Assembly: GCA_013239625.1 (NCBI GenBank)
Contig: MU054197.1
Span: forward strand, 50,596 to 114,595
DNA from: Lama guanicoe
Taxonomy: Eukaryota
DNA length: 64,000 nt
Direction of reading: 5' to 3'
Below the pieces are notes generated by a model. It was given only the letters and a program-made list of their open reading frames with translations. It did not search any database and was not told the origin of the DNA. Shown piece by piece: positions 12,100 to 25,604 of this stretch. Made by a program: the position numbers and the translations under genes. Each line of letters starts with the position of its first letter. Within the stretch, counting starts at the first letter, position 1.

Positions 12100-13929
12100 T
12101 AAGAGGAGGTAGGTACAGGAGACAAAATATTATTTTCTCCTTAATTGATGCCTCCAGTGGCCTAAAGCTTTCCATTCTCATTTGCTGGATTTTTTCCTGT
12201 CTATTCAACACCCACCAACCCCAAAATAGATGATTCTCTTCCCCATACCAATAACTATACTGCCTTCTAATTAATTTATTTCTTAGAATCAGAGCTTTGG
12301 CCAGAAGAGACAGTGCCATTGCAAATATATAATGTAGGTTTATAAACCCCACATAATTTGTGACCCTTCTAAGCTTCACAAAGTAAGTACCTAATTGAAA
12401 CTAGACCCTTTGTAGTGGTGGTCATAGTCAGGAACCAAATTGCAATCTAATATTTGTGGACTAGAAGGAGGTGAGGGTGGTGAAATTAAAAATTTGTCCA
12501 ACTGTAGGAATACCAAATTTCTGCAGATATTAGGAAATATAAAATATTCATGGAAGACTTTGACTATTTCCCTTTAATTTAAAATAAAAGGTGAAGCATT
12601 TTCAGAATGTGAAATGCCCTGTTATGCTGGAAAATCTGTAGGCAATGTCAGGTAGCCTAAGTCTTCTGCTCACAATAGTGCAGCCATTGTCAGCTGAAAA
12701 GAGTGGAATGGCAACATTGAGTCCTGAAAATTTGTCACCAGTTGTGAAGAAAGTCTTTGATTATCTGGAAGATGGGCAAATGTGCCAGGGTAAGATCTAG
12801 AAACATCCCACCAGTATGGCCCTTACCAAGAGAAGAAAAGAACCCTCTTGCAGCAGGAGATCTGTGTCTGGACATCAGTGGTAGTTCCTACAACAGAAAC
12901 ATCAATCTTTTAATTTTATGAGCTCAAATCTGATAGTGGCTTTGTTGTTGCATACATTAGCAGTCTGGGGTTCAGATGGGCTGGTTCAGCAGCTAGTATC
13001 CAGCTCTCTTATCAGACAGTGGGTCTTAACGTGATCATCTTAACAAGGTTCTATACTGATAAGTCAAAAGCTACAGTATACTTTCAAAATTAGAAATTCT
13101 AAGGAAGAATATTATTTGCTTGTCCATGTGTACTTTTCTAACTGGGAATACTAGACCATTGGCAAAAGTACAAAAGTTGGCTGGTGCTTTGAAAACTTTT
13201 CTCTGAGTTATACCCACTGAATTCTTCCTACTAAATACTATAAATCTGTCTACCTCTGTGTGTGTGTGTGAAGGTGGATTGTTAAGCTGTAACTAAGTTT
13301 GTCTTAGTTGAGTCATCAGTCAGTTATTCCTCTGAATCTGGCAGAATCTCTGTGAATTAAGAGTTTTATTGAGCCACCAGATTTTCTTCCTATCAGGTAG
13401 AGGTAGTTTATATTTCTCCCAGTATACTAATTGTTACCTATTCATTGAATCCCGACCTGATGCTAGGGCCAAGCCAATGAACACTTGAATTGGACTGAGG
13501 CATATACATTCTCCAGTCACCAGAATGCAGCACTGGACTGTGTCTCCTTTTTAATTTAAGCTTATGTCTATGTTTTCATTTTTTTAAATTCTCATTGTTG
13601 ACACAACTTATTTTGGCTTTGAACACCCATTGACTAATTTATAGAGACTGAACCACTGACTTATTTCTGTTCACCTAGTAATTTCAATAAACTTTTTTCC
13701 TTGGACTACCTGGAATAGGGTGAGCGTGGTCATCATTTTGAATGCGGTCCTCAGTCCTAATAATGGAGAACCTTTACACTTCTTTGCCCAGCACTTGAGC
13801 AAGTATGTTTGTTCTGGATATCAGGGTTTATCCTCACATCCCCTAATGCAACCATGAGTAAAAAACACATTGTTTTCCAAAATCAAGTCTTTGTCAGTAT
13901 TGCATTCCCATTGAAAAACAATTAAAAAT
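12100..13929 (-). mobile_element. Probable degenerate ERVL-type internal sequence adjoining MER76-like LTR
   Basis: Non-L1 sequence of higher complexity with no intact ORF, abutting the LTR end at 13930. The paralog is at ~46650-48443. Boundaries are approximate. Confidence 0.35.
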
Positions 13930-14315
13930 TGTAGGAGTTCTGAGATTTTACCATTCTGAGATTTTTAGCAACCTAGCATGTTCCTTTCTTACAGATGCTG
14001 TTGGGAGATGAGACCATCGATCAGAGACAATGAACATTATCCATCACAGCAAGAACAGCCAGTTTTAAATTTGTATTCCATTCTCTAAATTCAGATGAAT
14101 ACACAGAGTGAAATTTTGATGTCTACAGAAGCAGTGGGCTTTTAACATGAAAAAGTTTAAGGCATGGTAAAACACTAAATTTATTAGTATCTTTATGTAT
14201 AATTTATTAGAATCACTTATTTATTTGTATCTTTACCTAGGATAAGTATATCATGACTGAAGTTTAATTGTTGCAAAAACAAACATGAAAAATTACATGG
14301 AAAATATAATCATTG
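13930..14315 (-). mobile_element. MER76-like ERVL LTR (copy A)
   Basis: tgtaggagttctgagattttacc...gatgctg...gagacc...tcagagacaatgaac resembles my recollection of the MER76 terminus. Not verified by search. Confidence 0.55.
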
Positions 14316-14334
14316 AATTTCCATTTTTCCTTCT

Positions 14335-17300
14335 GCTTTTAGTGAGATATAATTGGCATAAAACATTGTGTAAGTTTAGGTGCACAGAATAGCGATTTGT
14401 TTTATAAGTATCATGAAATAAATATCATAGCAAGTTTAGGGAGAATTCGTTATCTCATGTAGATACAATTTTAAAGAAATACAATTTGTGTTTTGGTTGT
14501 GATGAGAGAACTTATGGTCAACTCTCTTAACATTCATATAGAACATAAAGCAGTATTAATTTTAATTTTCATGTTACTACGGGGCATCCCTAGAAGACGT
14601 TTATTTTACGGCTGTTGGTTTGTAGCTTTTGAGTGCATTAGTCAAATTCGCCTTTCACAAACCCTGCCTCTGTTAACTACAAATCTAATTTTTTTTTCTA
14701 TAAGTGTGTGTGTTTTGAAGTATACTTTAGTCTATAACTCTGTGGTATTTTCTCTTACATAATATACTATTTGCTATTTTTGATACATTTCAATCTGATC
14801 ACAAGAATAGATATATTTATGATATGTTGCTATTTAAACATATTTCACAGTTATTGACTATTCCCCACACATTACATTTCTTGTCCCTGACTAATTTAAT
14901 TTGCAACTGGAAAATTTTGTCTCTTAAATTTCCTCAAATATTTCTTTTTCTTCACCACAATTCCTTCCTTCTTGTGAGCAACCTGTTTCTTTCTATATCT
15001 ATAACTCCTTATCTGTTTTGTTGTATTCATTTGTTTTAAACTCTAAATATGAGTAAAACCATTCTGCCTTTGTCATTCTCTGTCTGACTTATTTCACTTA
15101 GCATATTACCCTCTTGGTCTACCCATTTGTTGCAAATGACATGAACTTATTCTTTTTAGAGCTGAGTAATAACCCATTGTATTTTTATGTGTGTGTGTGC
15201 ATATATACAAATATATATATATTTTTATTGTATGTGTATATATAAATAAATATAGATAAGTCTGTAGTTAATAGATGGGTTGATATATATGCTATAAACA
15301 CACATCTTCATTATCCATCATCTATTGATGAGCAATTAATTTGCTTCTATTGCCTGGCTATTTTAAATAATGCCACAGTGAATACAGGATTGAATTTATC
15401 TTTTCTGATTAGTGTTTTTACATTCCTGGAATAAGTATCCAGATATGGAAATGTTGGATCATATTTCATTTTTAATTTTTAGATAAATCTCCATACTGTT
15501 TTCCACAGTGGCATCACAAATTTACATTCACTCAAGCAGTGCATCAGGGTGCATTTTTTTACATCCTCTCCAATATTTATATTTGTTATCTTTTTGATCA
15601 TAGTGATTCTGACAGGAGTGACATAATATCTCATTGGGTTTTGGACTTTCTTTATTCTGATTGTTAGTTCTGTTGACCATTTTCATGTGCCTATTGATTA
15701 ACTTTCCCCCACTGTATATTCATTTTTTGGTAATGGGCTAAATGACTATAACTTTCTGATTTCATTTTTAGGCATTCTGTTTTGTTCCATTATTCTGTTT
15801 GTTCTGTGCCACTACCATATTCATTACTGTAGCTTTGTATTATAATTTAAAATCAGGGACAGTGTTACATCCTCTTTTTTTTGTCAAAGTTGTTTGTGTT
15901 TTAAGTTTGTTTTCTTTTCTTTTTTTAAGTGATTTCAACTCTTTTGTGTTTACATGCAAATTTAATAATTATGTTTTTTAAGTGTCTGAAAATGCCATTT
16001 GTATTTTGAAAGGCACTTAATTTAATTTGTGTATTTTCTTGGCTAGTTCTGTCATTTAAACGATATTTTTTCCTAATCTATGAACACAGTATATCCTTTC
16101 ATCTGTTTGCATTATCTTCAATTTCTATTATAAATATTTTATAGGTTTCTGAGTATAGGTCTTTTACCTCCTTGGTTGGATAACTTTCTTGATTTTTTTT
16201 TTATAATGCAACTGTAAATGAGACAGTTCCCTCACTTTCTCTATCTGTTAACTTGTTGTTAGTGTGTAGAAATGCAAGATTTCTGTATGTTAATTTTATA
16301 TTCTGAAATTTTACCAATGCATTGATAAAGCCTTCATAGTATTGTGGCATCTTCTTTAGGATTTCTGTTTAAAGTATTTCATCTGCTTACAGATTCTTTT
16401 ACTCCTTTTCTGAAATAGCTATATTTTATTTACTTTTATTTTGGATAGATATGGCTAGAATTTCCAATATAATACTTAGTAATAGTGGTAAATGTGAACA
16501 TTCTTATCTTCTTCCTGCTCTTACAGGAGATGATTTCAGCTTTTAATCAGTGAGTGTCATGGTAGCTGACTACTTGTCTTATATGACCTTAACTGTGTTG
16601 AGTTACGTTTCCACATACCCATTTTGAGGAGAAATTTAATCATAGATACTGAATTTGTCAAAAGATTTTAAGACACTTTTGAGGTGACCATACAATTTTT
16701 ATTTTTTAATTTGTTAGTTTCGTGTATCATATTGACTAATTTGTGGGTAATGAATCAATTTTGCATCCCTGGGATAAAAGGGAGTAAATCATACTGTATC
16801 ATCTTTTTAATGTTTTGTTTGCTTTGCTAATATTTATTGATGATTTTTGGATGTATGCTTATCAGTAGTATTTAAACTGAAGTTTTATGAGGTATTTGTT
16901 CCTGTTTTAGTGCTAGTGTGATACAGAAATGCGGGGTAGGAAGCCTTCCTTCCTCTGCAAATTTTTGGAATTCTCTGAGAATTATTTGTGATAGCTCTTG
17001 TCTAAATGATTGGCAGAAGGCACCTGTGAAGCTGTCTAGGCCTGGAATTTTGTTTCTTGGGAGATTTTGTTTAATTACTAATTCATTTTCATTAGGGATA
17101 ATCTGTTAATATTTTCTACTTCTCATTCCATTCTGAGATTTGGTCTTTCTAAGAAATTGTCTGTTTCTTCCAGAGATTCCATTTCAGTTGGCATATAATG
17201 TGTTGTATCATCTTATGATGCTTTCTGTTACTTTGATATAAGCTGTAATTTCTCATTTATTTTGGAGCTTATTAATCTGTACTTTCTTTTTTGCTCATGA

Positions 17301-17710
17301 GTCTCATTAATATTTATCAGTTATATTTATCATTCAAAGGCCATTATGTAGTTTGTTTTGATGTTCCTTTTTTAATCTTTATTTTATTTATTTATATTCT
17401 GACCTTTCAGCTGTCTTTCTTTCTACTAACAAGTTTGTTTATTATTTTGCAACATCTTTTGTTTGTAAGATTATGTTATAAGAAAGAGATGTTTCTTACT
17501 TTTATAAATGGGATTGTTTTGCTATAAGCTTCGCTATTAATACTGATTTTGCTATATCACATGGACTTTGTTTTTGTTGTCATATTTCTTCATGTATTTT
17601 TTCTTTGAATTATGCATGAATACATTGGTTGCTTAATATTGCATGATTTATCCTCCACACTTAACAATTTTTCTCAGGTTTTCTTCTTTTAGTAAATTAC
17701 TATTCTCACA
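14335..17710 (-). mobile_element. Old LINE-1 (L1M-type), 3'UTR plus ORF2 with internal deletion
   Basis: 3' end ttttagtgagatataattggcataaaacattgtgtaagttt and antisense ORF2 motifs. The paralog is at ~48845-52150. Confidence 0.85.
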
Positions 17711-17714
17711 GAAA

Positions 17715-19320
17715 CCATATGTTTCTTTACAAAACAAGGAGAAAAATAATAAAATTTATACAAAATTGTGAAAGACCAAAATTTTATAAAATTATCTTTG
17801 AAAAATGAACAAAGCTGTGGGTATTATCCTCCCTGAATTTAGAACATACTGCAAAGCTACACTAATCAAAACATCAAACTATATCACTAAAGAGTCACAT
17901 AGATCAATGGAACAAAATAAAGAGTCCTAAAATAAACCCACACGTATATTGTCAATTAGTCTACAATGAAGGAGGCAAGCGTATACAATGGAAAGAAGGC
18001 AGTCTCTTCAACAAGTAGTTCTGGGAAAACTAGACAGTACATGTAAAAGGTAGATGTAAGAGCACTTCCTTCCATACTATAAAAAATAAAACTGAAATGG
18101 ATTAATTTCCTAAATGTAAAACCTGAAATTATAAAATTTCTGACCAAGAAAAGGAGCAGAATTGCCTTTGTGATAAATCATAGGAATATTTATTTTTAAT
18201 CTATCTCCTAAGTAAAAAAAAACAGGAAAATTAACAATAATAGTTTTTAATTATACTGAGGAAAAAATAGATGTACTATGTGATACAGTGATTCCACTTC
18301 TTGTGTAAGTGTGAAATGAAAAACTTTTGCAGAGCAAGGAAACCTTCAGCAAGACTTATGACAAAACACAGAATAGAAGGAAGAGTTTCAGACTATGAAA
18401 CCAACAAGATGTTAATATCCATAATGTATATATAGCGAATTAGACTCAATATTTAAAAAACAAAGACACCAACTTATAAACAGTTGAAGGATCTTCATGG
18501 AAACTTTTCAAAGCAGACATGTGGATGATTTTCATGCACAAAGAAACATAAATTTGCTATTCAGTAGGAAATCATAAATCAAAACCAGAATGCAATATAA
18601 TCTCACAGCAACCAAAATGGCTATTAAAAAAATTCTTCAAGTGACAAACATTAATAAGAATGTCGATAAAAGGGAACCCAAGTAGACTGTTGGTAGAAAT
18701 ATAAGTTGATGCATCCACTATTATAAAAGTGGGGACAGCACTAAGAAAACTAGAAATAGAAGCATTGTAAGTTGCAGCAATTCCAGTTTTTGTTATAAAT
18801 CTGAAAAAAAATGAAAACATTAACTTAAAATTGTATATTACCCACAACATTCTTAACAACATCATTTATAATAGCCAAGGATAAAAGCATGACTCAACTG
18901 CCCATCAACAGATGATTGGCTGAGTTGATGTGGGATATAGATAACATAATAAATACGTAGTCATTCTCATATCAAAAAATAAATTTCTACCATTTGAAAC
19001 AATGTGACTGGACCCAGAAAGTGTTGCACATAGGAAAATAAGACATACAGTGAAAAACACTCTATGTTACCACTTACATGAGGAAGCTAAATATGTAAGA
19101 GAAATAATCATAAAAAAACAGAAACGGAATCACATATATATGTGTAGTGTACTAAGTAGTGATTTACACTGGGGACAGGAAAGAAGGATGGGAAAGACAG
19201 AAATATGTAAGATTCTAGTTATAAATTAGAGAAGCAACAGGGCTATATTTATAGTACAGAGAAATATTTTAATAATTTAAATGATTTTAAAGAGATTATA
19301 GGCATATATTATACTAAAAT
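17715..19320 (+). mobile_element. Old LINE-1 ORF2 C-terminus plus 3'UTR
   Basis: gatcaatggaacaaaataaagagtcc, cagtctcttcaacaagtag, tgcccatcaacagatgattgg. The paralog is at ~52155-53760. Confidence 0.85.
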
Positions 19321-19499
19321 GTGCATGTATGTGGGAAAAACTTTGAAGAAATAAACACAGGAAAAACAAAATATTTTGTACTTTTCTGATATTAAGGGAG
19401 GTGATTTGTTCAATTTCATTACTGTTCTTATAATGTCCTTATTAGAATTTAAGGTTTTAAATGAAAAATTATAGACTTTGAATAAAGTGACATAAGTTT

Positions 19500-21540
19500 A
19501 AATTCTTTCTGTCTCTACCCTTAAGTCTACAGTCAGTGAAATGATCACATCTCAACAAAAATTACTACAACACAAAACAATACTCGAGAACACATGTGTA
19601 CAGCTGAAGTTTGGTGGGCTAAAACACATAAAGTTGGCTTAAATGAGGGAAAAGCAAGGATGGTGCCTGCCACCAAGGCCCACTTACTAGGGTATCTGAG
19701 CCCACAGTTTCAGAGTACCCAGTAGAAACAGGGTCTCAGTAGAAACAGGGTTGGTTCACAAATCTTCAGCCTCCAACTGCATCAGTACTCACGGTCACAG
19801 GTAACTAGGAGGGAGCCACAATGCAGACAGAATTTCCATCCTTTTGACGCAAAGACATACATGACACTCTCCCTACTCCACATTCATAGTGGTAGAGACA
19901 AGGTACCTTGCAACATTGGACATGGCAAAGGCACTTGCCTGATACCAATGATCCACCTGTCTTTACACCATTCCTTAGTGTGTGCACTGAGTCTTTAGAA
20001 ATATCAGATAAAAGAAAGGATTCAATGGCCCAGTGACAACAGAGGCATTAACTACCAGAGTTGTCTAAGAAGTGACAATGTAGGCAATCTTTTATCCAGA
20101 CAGTAGCAACTGGAAAGTGCCATTTTGAAATATTATCAGAGGTAGCTCAGATAAGTAAAACCAAAAGTTGTGCAATATTGCAAACTGCCAGAAAACAAAA
20201 TCAGGGACTCCAAATCCCAATCTGTTTTTAGTGTCATCAGAGTAATAATTTAACAAGATCATGACCAATCAGAATAATATTATTGGGCATGCACACACAG
20301 AGATACAGACACAGACACACACGCACAGGCAAATGCACACACACAGGCACACACACACACACATGCACACACACACATACACACATTATCAACCCTGCAG
20401 GAAACAAACTTAAAGTCATGGAATATTGCCATATAACTAATAGAGAATCCAAACAGATGTCATACAGAAACTCAATACAAAAAACAAAACTCAGAAAGCA
20501 GTTTAGCGAGCTCATGAATAAAATAAATGATGATAAGGATTACATTACCTAAGAGACTGAAACTATGAAACAAAGAAACATTATTGGAGGAGGAGATGAA
20601 CTTAATGAATGATATGAATAATGCAACAGAAAGCACTGGAAGAAGACTGTCTTGTGGAAGAGAGATTAGCAAACTCACCAATACAAAACAAGAAATGATA
20701 GGGGAGGTCAGTGATACAAGATATTAAAAAGTGAGGAAATTCTACAATAGCCATCAGACTTCTTCAGGAAGTGCACATTAGGTTGAAATCCTGGAAGGAG
20801 AAGAAAGTTAGAAGGCAGCTGATGGTTTATTTAAAGTTGTAGTAGTTAATAATTTACTGAACCTGCGTAAGGAACTGATACAAATGTCCATGAGCCAACA
20901 GAACTCCAATAACTTTAAGACAATGAGACCTCCTTCAAGATACGTCATATGAAAATTGGCAAGTCAATGACAGAGTAAAATTTTAAAGGCAGCCAACAAA
21001 AGTTATGTTAATCTACAGAGGAACCCCCATTTTGCTATCAGCAGATTGCTGAGCAGAAAACATACACCAAGGGTAAATAATATGACATTTTCAAACTACT
21101 GAAATAAGAAATTTCTCACCCAAGATTACTCTACCTTGCACAGTTATCACTTAGTTGTAAAGTGAAAATAAAGACTTTACCAGACAAACAAACCTGAATT
21201 AGATGTAAAAAACAAAACTGAGACACCTTAAAAGAGGTGTAGAAAAGAGCTATTCTAAAAAAAATAAAATGGCAAATATACTCAAAATATTGAACAAAAT
21301 ACTAAGCAGAGACCACGAGAAAGTTGCAACTGTTTCTTTAGGTATGTTTTTAAATGCTACTACCCTATATGAATTAAAGAGAGAAAAATAAGAATTCAGT
21401 TACAATAAATATATGTACATCAATCTGGTAACATGTTCACAACAGAAATAGAAATTATTTGAGTCAGTGTTCATAAAAGGCAAAGAGTAAAATAAAACAA
21501 TAATAAACGAAGATGCTATCAGCTGATGAAGGACTAAATT
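19500..21540 (+). mobile_element. Old LINE-1 5'UTR/ORF1 remnant
   Basis: ORF1-like motifs (ttttaaaggcagcc; gaggaacccccattttgctatcagcagat; aaagactttaccagacaaacaaa). In unit B it is split into 53945-54540 and 57001-57440. Confidence 0.7.
20290..20386 (+). repeat. Interrupted (CA)n microsatellite
   Basis: gcacacacagagatacagacacagacacacacgc...; absent from unit B, where it falls inside the L1-associated deletion. Confidence 0.9.
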
Positions 21541-21549
21541 ATACATAAG

Positions 21550-24500
21550 ATGTTTTATTTTTAATTGAAGTACAGTAGATGCATTATATTGTGCAGTTTC
21601 ACGTGTAAAGCATAGTGATTCCAACCACATATTAGATTATATTGCATTATAAATTATTACAATAATTTTAACATAAAATTATTATAATTTATTGTGTGTA
21701 ATTCCCTGATATATTCAGAATATACTTGTTGCTTATCTCCATTATGTATACTACTTTTTATCTTTCAGTGTCCTACCATTATATTGTCTTTCCCTTCCCC
21801 TTTGGTAAACATAATTTTTTTTCCCATAGCTTTCAATCTGCTTCAGTCTTGTCTATCTAATCTCTCTATCTCTCTACCATGTCTCTATCAATCTATCTAT
21901 CTATGTATCTATGTATCTATCTATCTATCTATCAATATATCTATCATGGCTATGTATCTATCCTTCTATGTATCTACTTATATGTCACCTATCAATAGAT
22001 AGCTATAGATTGGTATACACAGATATTTGTTGTTCTTTAGATTCCAAATACAGATTAAATTATATAATTTTGTGTTTGTCTAAGTTACTTCACTAAGCAC
22101 AATATATACTAGGTCCATTCATAATGCTGAAATAGCAATGTGTTCTACATTTTCATTGCTGAGTAATATTCCATTGTATATTTATGGAAACATCATATTT
22201 TCTTAAGTCCATAGTCTACTGTGGACTCTTGGATTCCTTCCATGTCTTGCATATTATAAACAGTGCTGTTGTGCACATTGGTTCTTCTCAAATAAGGGTT
22301 TTCTCCCCAGATTTTTCCTAAGAGATGAATTATTGTTTCATATGGTAGTTCTGTTTTAGGTTTTAAAGAAATCTGAAATCTGTTTTCCATTGAAGTTGTA
22401 CCAATTTACATTCCTACGAAAGTATAAAAGAGATTTGTTTCCTCATCATCATCTCCAACACTTCCTATTTCTAAGCTTTTTGATAATAGCCATTTGACCA
22501 GTGTGAAGTGACACCTCATTGTGGTTTTGAAATGCTATTAACTAATATTTAGTAATGTGGAGCATTTTTATCACTTGCATGTAACCCCTCTGTATGTTTT
22601 CTTTGGAAAAATATTAACTCAGGTACTCTGCTCTTTTTTTGATTGGGTTTTTGTTTTTCACATTGAGTTGTGTAACATAAATCCATGTTACATCTTCTAA
22701 TCTGCATCTATTTACCCCTGGTCACTTGCACTATTTGCAGATAAGTTTTCCAATTACACAGGCAGTGTTTTCATTTCATTCAAGTGTCCTTAGCTGTGAA
22801 GAAGTTTTCAAGTTTATTTAGGTCCCATTTGCTTATTTTTGCTTTTATTATTTCAGCCATAGGAGACTGAGACAAGAAAATATTCTGATGATATATTTCC
22901 AATAGTGTATCACCTATAACCCCTTCTAGAAATTTTATAGTATCAGGTCTTACATTTAGGTGCTTAATATTCTTGGAGTTTATTTTTTTATATGATGTCA
23001 GGGAATGCTCTCATTTCACTGTTTTACATGTAGATGTCCAGCTTTCCAAACACCATCCATTGACAAGACTGTCTTTTCTCCATTGTGTAATCTAGCCTCT
23101 TTTATCATTGATTCATTGCTCATAGGTGTGTGGAATTATTTCTAGGCTCTCTATCTGATTTTATTGATTATATCTCTGTGCCAATGCCATGCTGTTTTTA
23201 TTACTGTAGCTTTGTAGTATAGTAAGGAATCAGGGAGTTATATACCTCCAGATATGTTGTTTTTTCTCAAGATCATTTTGACAATTTTTAATGGTTTCAT
23301 GTAAAACAGAGTTATTTATTTTCTGGTTCTGTGTGAAATACTACATCTTTGTAACAGGAATTACACTAAATCTGTAGATTTCTTTGTGTAGTTCGGCCAT
23401 GTTAACAATATTAACTCCTTCAATCCAAGAGCACAAGATATCTTTCAATTTTATTGAATCATTTTTAATTTCTTTGTCAATTTTTTTTTAATTTTAAGTA
23501 TATAGAGCTTTCATATATTTGTTACATTTATTCCAATGTATTCAGGGGATGGGATTTTAAATAGTATTGTTTCCAACATCCATTTTATGGTGTCTCATGA
23601 TTAATGTGTAGAAATGCAACAGACAATTTTACATTAATCTTGTACCCTGCTCCCTTGTTGAAATTACTTATTGTTGATATTAGTCTGTGTGGAGGCTTTA
23701 GGACTCTATGTAGATTGTTATGTCATCAGTAATGGTGACAATTTTGCCTCTTTCTTTCTATTTTGCATTTCTTTTACTTCTTTTTCTTTACTTTTCCTTT
23801 GTTCTTTTACTATGGAACAGAAGTGCTGAGAGTAGGAATCCTTGTCTTGTTTCCGAATTTACCCAGAAGGCTTTCAGCTTTTCCCCTAAGTATTATAAGT
23901 TGTTATAAATGAACTTTTGTGTGTTGAGAGATGTTCCCATTGTACTCTCTTTCATGAGAGTTCTGATCATGAATGTATGTTTAAATATATCCAATGCTTT
24001 TTCATTCTGTATTGACATGGTCCTCTGAATTTTGCCCTTCCTTTATTAAATATGTGTCAAGCTGATGGACTTGTGTATGTTGAACCATCCCTGTTACTCT
24101 GGAAGGAATCCAAATGATCCTCATTTATAATCCTTTCTATGTATTTGTTGATGTTTTTGGGGGATTTTTGAATATAAATTCATCAAGGATATTGTGTTTA
24201 AATTTTTGGGGGGCTTTTTGGTAGTGTTTTGACTGGCTTTGTTATCATGGTATTGGTGGCCTCATAGAATAACTTTGGGAATTTCCTTCCTCCTAAATTT
24301 TTTCAAATAGTTGAGAGGAAAGAGTTTGTAGTGAAGGCATCCAGGCATTTTATTCAAGGCATGTTTTTTAAATTATAGATTTTACTTAACTTAACTGATT
24401 GCTCTTTTCAAGTTTTCAGTTTTCTTTTTATTCAGTGTTGGCAGGCAGTACATTTCAACAAATTTGTCCATTTCTTTAAGGTAGTCCAGTTGGTTGTCAC

Positions 24501-25590
24501 ATAAATGCTCAGAGTGCTTTCATAATCTTTGTTTGCATTTCTGTACTATCAGAAATTATTTCTACTGTATCATTTCTTATTTTGTTTGGGTCCACTCTGT
24601 ATTTCTTGATAAGCCTGGCTAAGTGCTTATCAATATGTTAAAATATTTAAGAAAAAATAGCTGTTGATTTTATGAATTTTAATTTATTTTTTAATTTTTA
24701 TTTTATTTATTTTCAACCTAATCATCAAAGATTTCTCATTCTACTGCTTTTGGGTTTTGTTTGTTCTTATTTCTAGTTATTTTCTGTGGTAAGCTTTATC
24801 CTTTGTGTGAGGTTTTTCTTTTTCCTTGTAGAAGGCCTCAGTTGTTCTAAACTTCCCTCTGAGATTTGCCTTTGCTGCATCCCATACATTTGATGAAGCT
24901 GTGTTTTCATTGCAATTTTTCCCCAGGTATGATTTTATGACCTCTTTGATTTCATCATTGAACTTGTTTTATTTTATTTTTTTAAAGGATGAGGTTTAAT
25001 CTCATGTTTGTGCTTTTCCTGTTCTTCCTTGAGTTGATGCATAGTTTCATAATTTTGTTTATGGAAAATATCTGCTGCAATCTGTAATAGGTTAAAGTTC
25101 CTGAGGCTCATTTCATGACATAATATGTGGTTTATTCCTTAGATAACATCCTGTGCACACATGAGAAATTATTGTGTTCTCCTTTTCTGATGCAGTGTCC
25201 AATATCTCAGACTCAAATGATTTAATATGCCATTAAGAACTCTGTTTCCTTACAGATATTCTTTCTGGATGATATGGCCATCAGAAAAGTGAGGGGTTCA
25301 AGCCATCTACTATTACTGATTTATAATGAATTAATTCCTTCATGCCTACTAATATTTCTTTTTATAATTAGGATCTACATTGCTGGGTCCATATATAATT
25401 TAATGAGTGTAATACTCTATTTTTATATTGATCTCCTTTCCTTTATATAATTTCATATTTATCGTTCATTGTGGCCCTTATTTTAAAACGTATTTTGTAT
25501 GAGTTAATTATTGCAAACTGCACTTTCTTGTCATTTCCATGAAACATCTTTTCCATGTATTTCCTGGCTGTGTTTAACTTCCACCATATA
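21550..25590 (-). mobile_element. Old LINE-1, 3'UTR through ORF2 endonuclease region
   Basis: 3' end ttttaattgaagtacagtagatg and continuous antisense ORF2 motifs. The paralog is at ~57445-61540. Confidence 0.88.
21850..22010 (+). repeat. Degenerate (TCTA)n/GATA-type microsatellite (copy A)
   Basis: Interrupted atctatctat runs within the L1 3'UTR. Confidence 0.9.
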
Positions 25591-25604
25591 GTGAGACTTA
25601 TTGT

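Noticed and set aside
17690..17730. L1 strand switches (also ~7232) as twin-priming inversions
   Set aside because: The opposing fragments cover overlapping parts of ORF2, which fits separate insertions better than one inverted element.
20237..20552. His/Thr- and Cys/Val-rich ORFs
   Set aside because: Translations of a (CA)n microsatellite.
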